Source: Candidatus Latescibacterota bacterium (GTDB lineage: Bacteria > Latescibacterota > UBA2968 > GCA-2709665). Taken from it: a stretch of 64,000 nt of DNA. The stretch is from positions 5,376,001 through 5,440,000 of the forward strand of contig OZ241917.1 in NCBI GenBank assembly GCA_965203805.1. The letters run 5' to 3'. The position numbers and the translations under genes were made by a program. This document shows, piece after piece, positions 63,185 through 64,000 of this stretch (positions are counted from its first letter, which is position 1; the number at the start of each line of letters is the position of its first letter). The notes under the pieces are model-generated. The model searched no databases, was not told where the DNA came from, and was given only the letters and a program-made list of their open reading frames with translations.

Positions 63185-63493
63185 AGAGCACATAAAAACA
63201 GGCCTTTCGCAAGTTCAACCAGGTAAAGACTCACAAAACTTAGCCCTGTTTCCAACATAAACAAGCGGTCATTTGCTTCCTGGTCCAATAGCCCGGCTGC
63301 CAACCACCGATATCGCTGATTGGAATTGTCGATACGATCTGATTGCCCGTAGTCCGGCGGCGGGGACACAAGACCGACGCGATCAACTTGCCAGTTCGTC
63401 CCAAATTATAGTTAGCGGATGGTGGCAAAAGCCATTGATATCCGCATCGGGGTTTCCTATTCGGCCGCCGTCCACGCGAAGACCCGGACGCCC

Positions 63494-64000
63494 TGTCACG
63501 GATCGCCCTAATGAGGCCACCCATGATCGGCATAATGGAGCCACCTGGAAGTGTCGATTTCAGGGTTTCGGAAGGGGCATATAATTAGTGTTCTTGGGCC
63601 TCCTTTCCAAGGTGTTTTTTTGGTGATTGTGGTAAGGGTTTAGGTGCACGGAAGCTTTCGCCGTCGAGGATGACGCGATAGGCGCCGTGTCTGAGACGGT
63701 CGAGGGTGGCGGCACCGAGGAGTCGATTGGTGAAGGCGTCGCCCCATTCGGAGAAGTCGAGGTTAGAGGTGACGATGGTGGCGGCGCGTTCATAGCGTTC
63801 AGAGATGAGGTCGTGGAAGTCCTCGTCGTATGGCGGCGTTAAGGGTTTGAGGCCGAAGTCATCGATGATGAGCAGCGGGGTATTGACAACATTGTGGAAG
63901 CGCCGCTGGAAGGTATCTGTGGCGCGGGCTGCGTGGAGTTGTCCCAACAGCTTGGTTTGTGTGGTGAACAGGGTGTCGTAGCCGGCTCTGACGGCGAGGT
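63494..64000 (-). mobile_element. IS21-family element right end with istB (runs off the window)
   Basis: TGTCACGGATCGCCCTAATGAGGCCA end related to 56737-56815. Confidence 0.85.
63585..64000 (-). CDS. istB: IS21 helper ATPase IstB (5'-truncated by window edge)
   Basis: LLIIDDFG, ERYE..TIVTSN..W, ATLDRLRH...GESFR. Confidence 0.88.
   Translation of the reverse strand, partial: LAVRAGYDTLFTTQTKLLGQLHAARATDTFQRRFHNVVNTPLLIIDDFGLKPLTPPYDEDFHDLISERYERAATIVTSNLDFSEWGDAFTNRLLGAATLDRLRHGAYRVILDGESFRAPKPLPQSPKKHLGKEAQEH

Overview
GC-rich bacterial chromosome segment; gene content suggests an FCB-group lineage such as Latescibacterota/Gemmatimonadota (inference only). It has four parts. (1) 0.2-2.8 kb: three metabolic genes. 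(2) About 3-23.9 kb: a defence island downstream of tRNA-Ala(GGC). It carries a Type I restriction-modification system (hsdM, hsdS, hsdR) spread over about 15.5 kb by accessory genes: an OLD-like ATPase/TOPRIM nuclease, an AlbA_2 protein, an HExxH protein, many toxin-antitoxin parts and three DUF559 endonuclease genes. Palindromic repeats and partial duplications of hsd gene ends are dense here. (3) 24-48 kb: housekeeping genes (ligA, DGGGP-synthase-like prenyltransferase, XPB helicase, tsaD, ftsK, lolA, frameshifted prfB, lysS, lolD, clpC, bamA, skp, fabZ). (4) 48-64 kb: a tandem repeat, an aapJQMP-type amino-acid ABC operon, a DMFase-beta-family gene and a low-GC region with IS21/IS3 elements. 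The most notable observation is a 282-bp in-frame GIY-YIG nuclease insert in hsdM (21827-22108). It has defined inverted-repeat ends, and its empty site is preserved in a duplicated hsdM tail. The same end architecture (CCTGCCTG-stem...stem-2 nt bulge-CAGGCAGG) recurs as six 27-41 bp hairpin inserts elsewhere in the window. This suggests a nuclease-carrying mini mobile element with non-autonomous derivatives. All assignments come from reading the sequence; no database searches were run.
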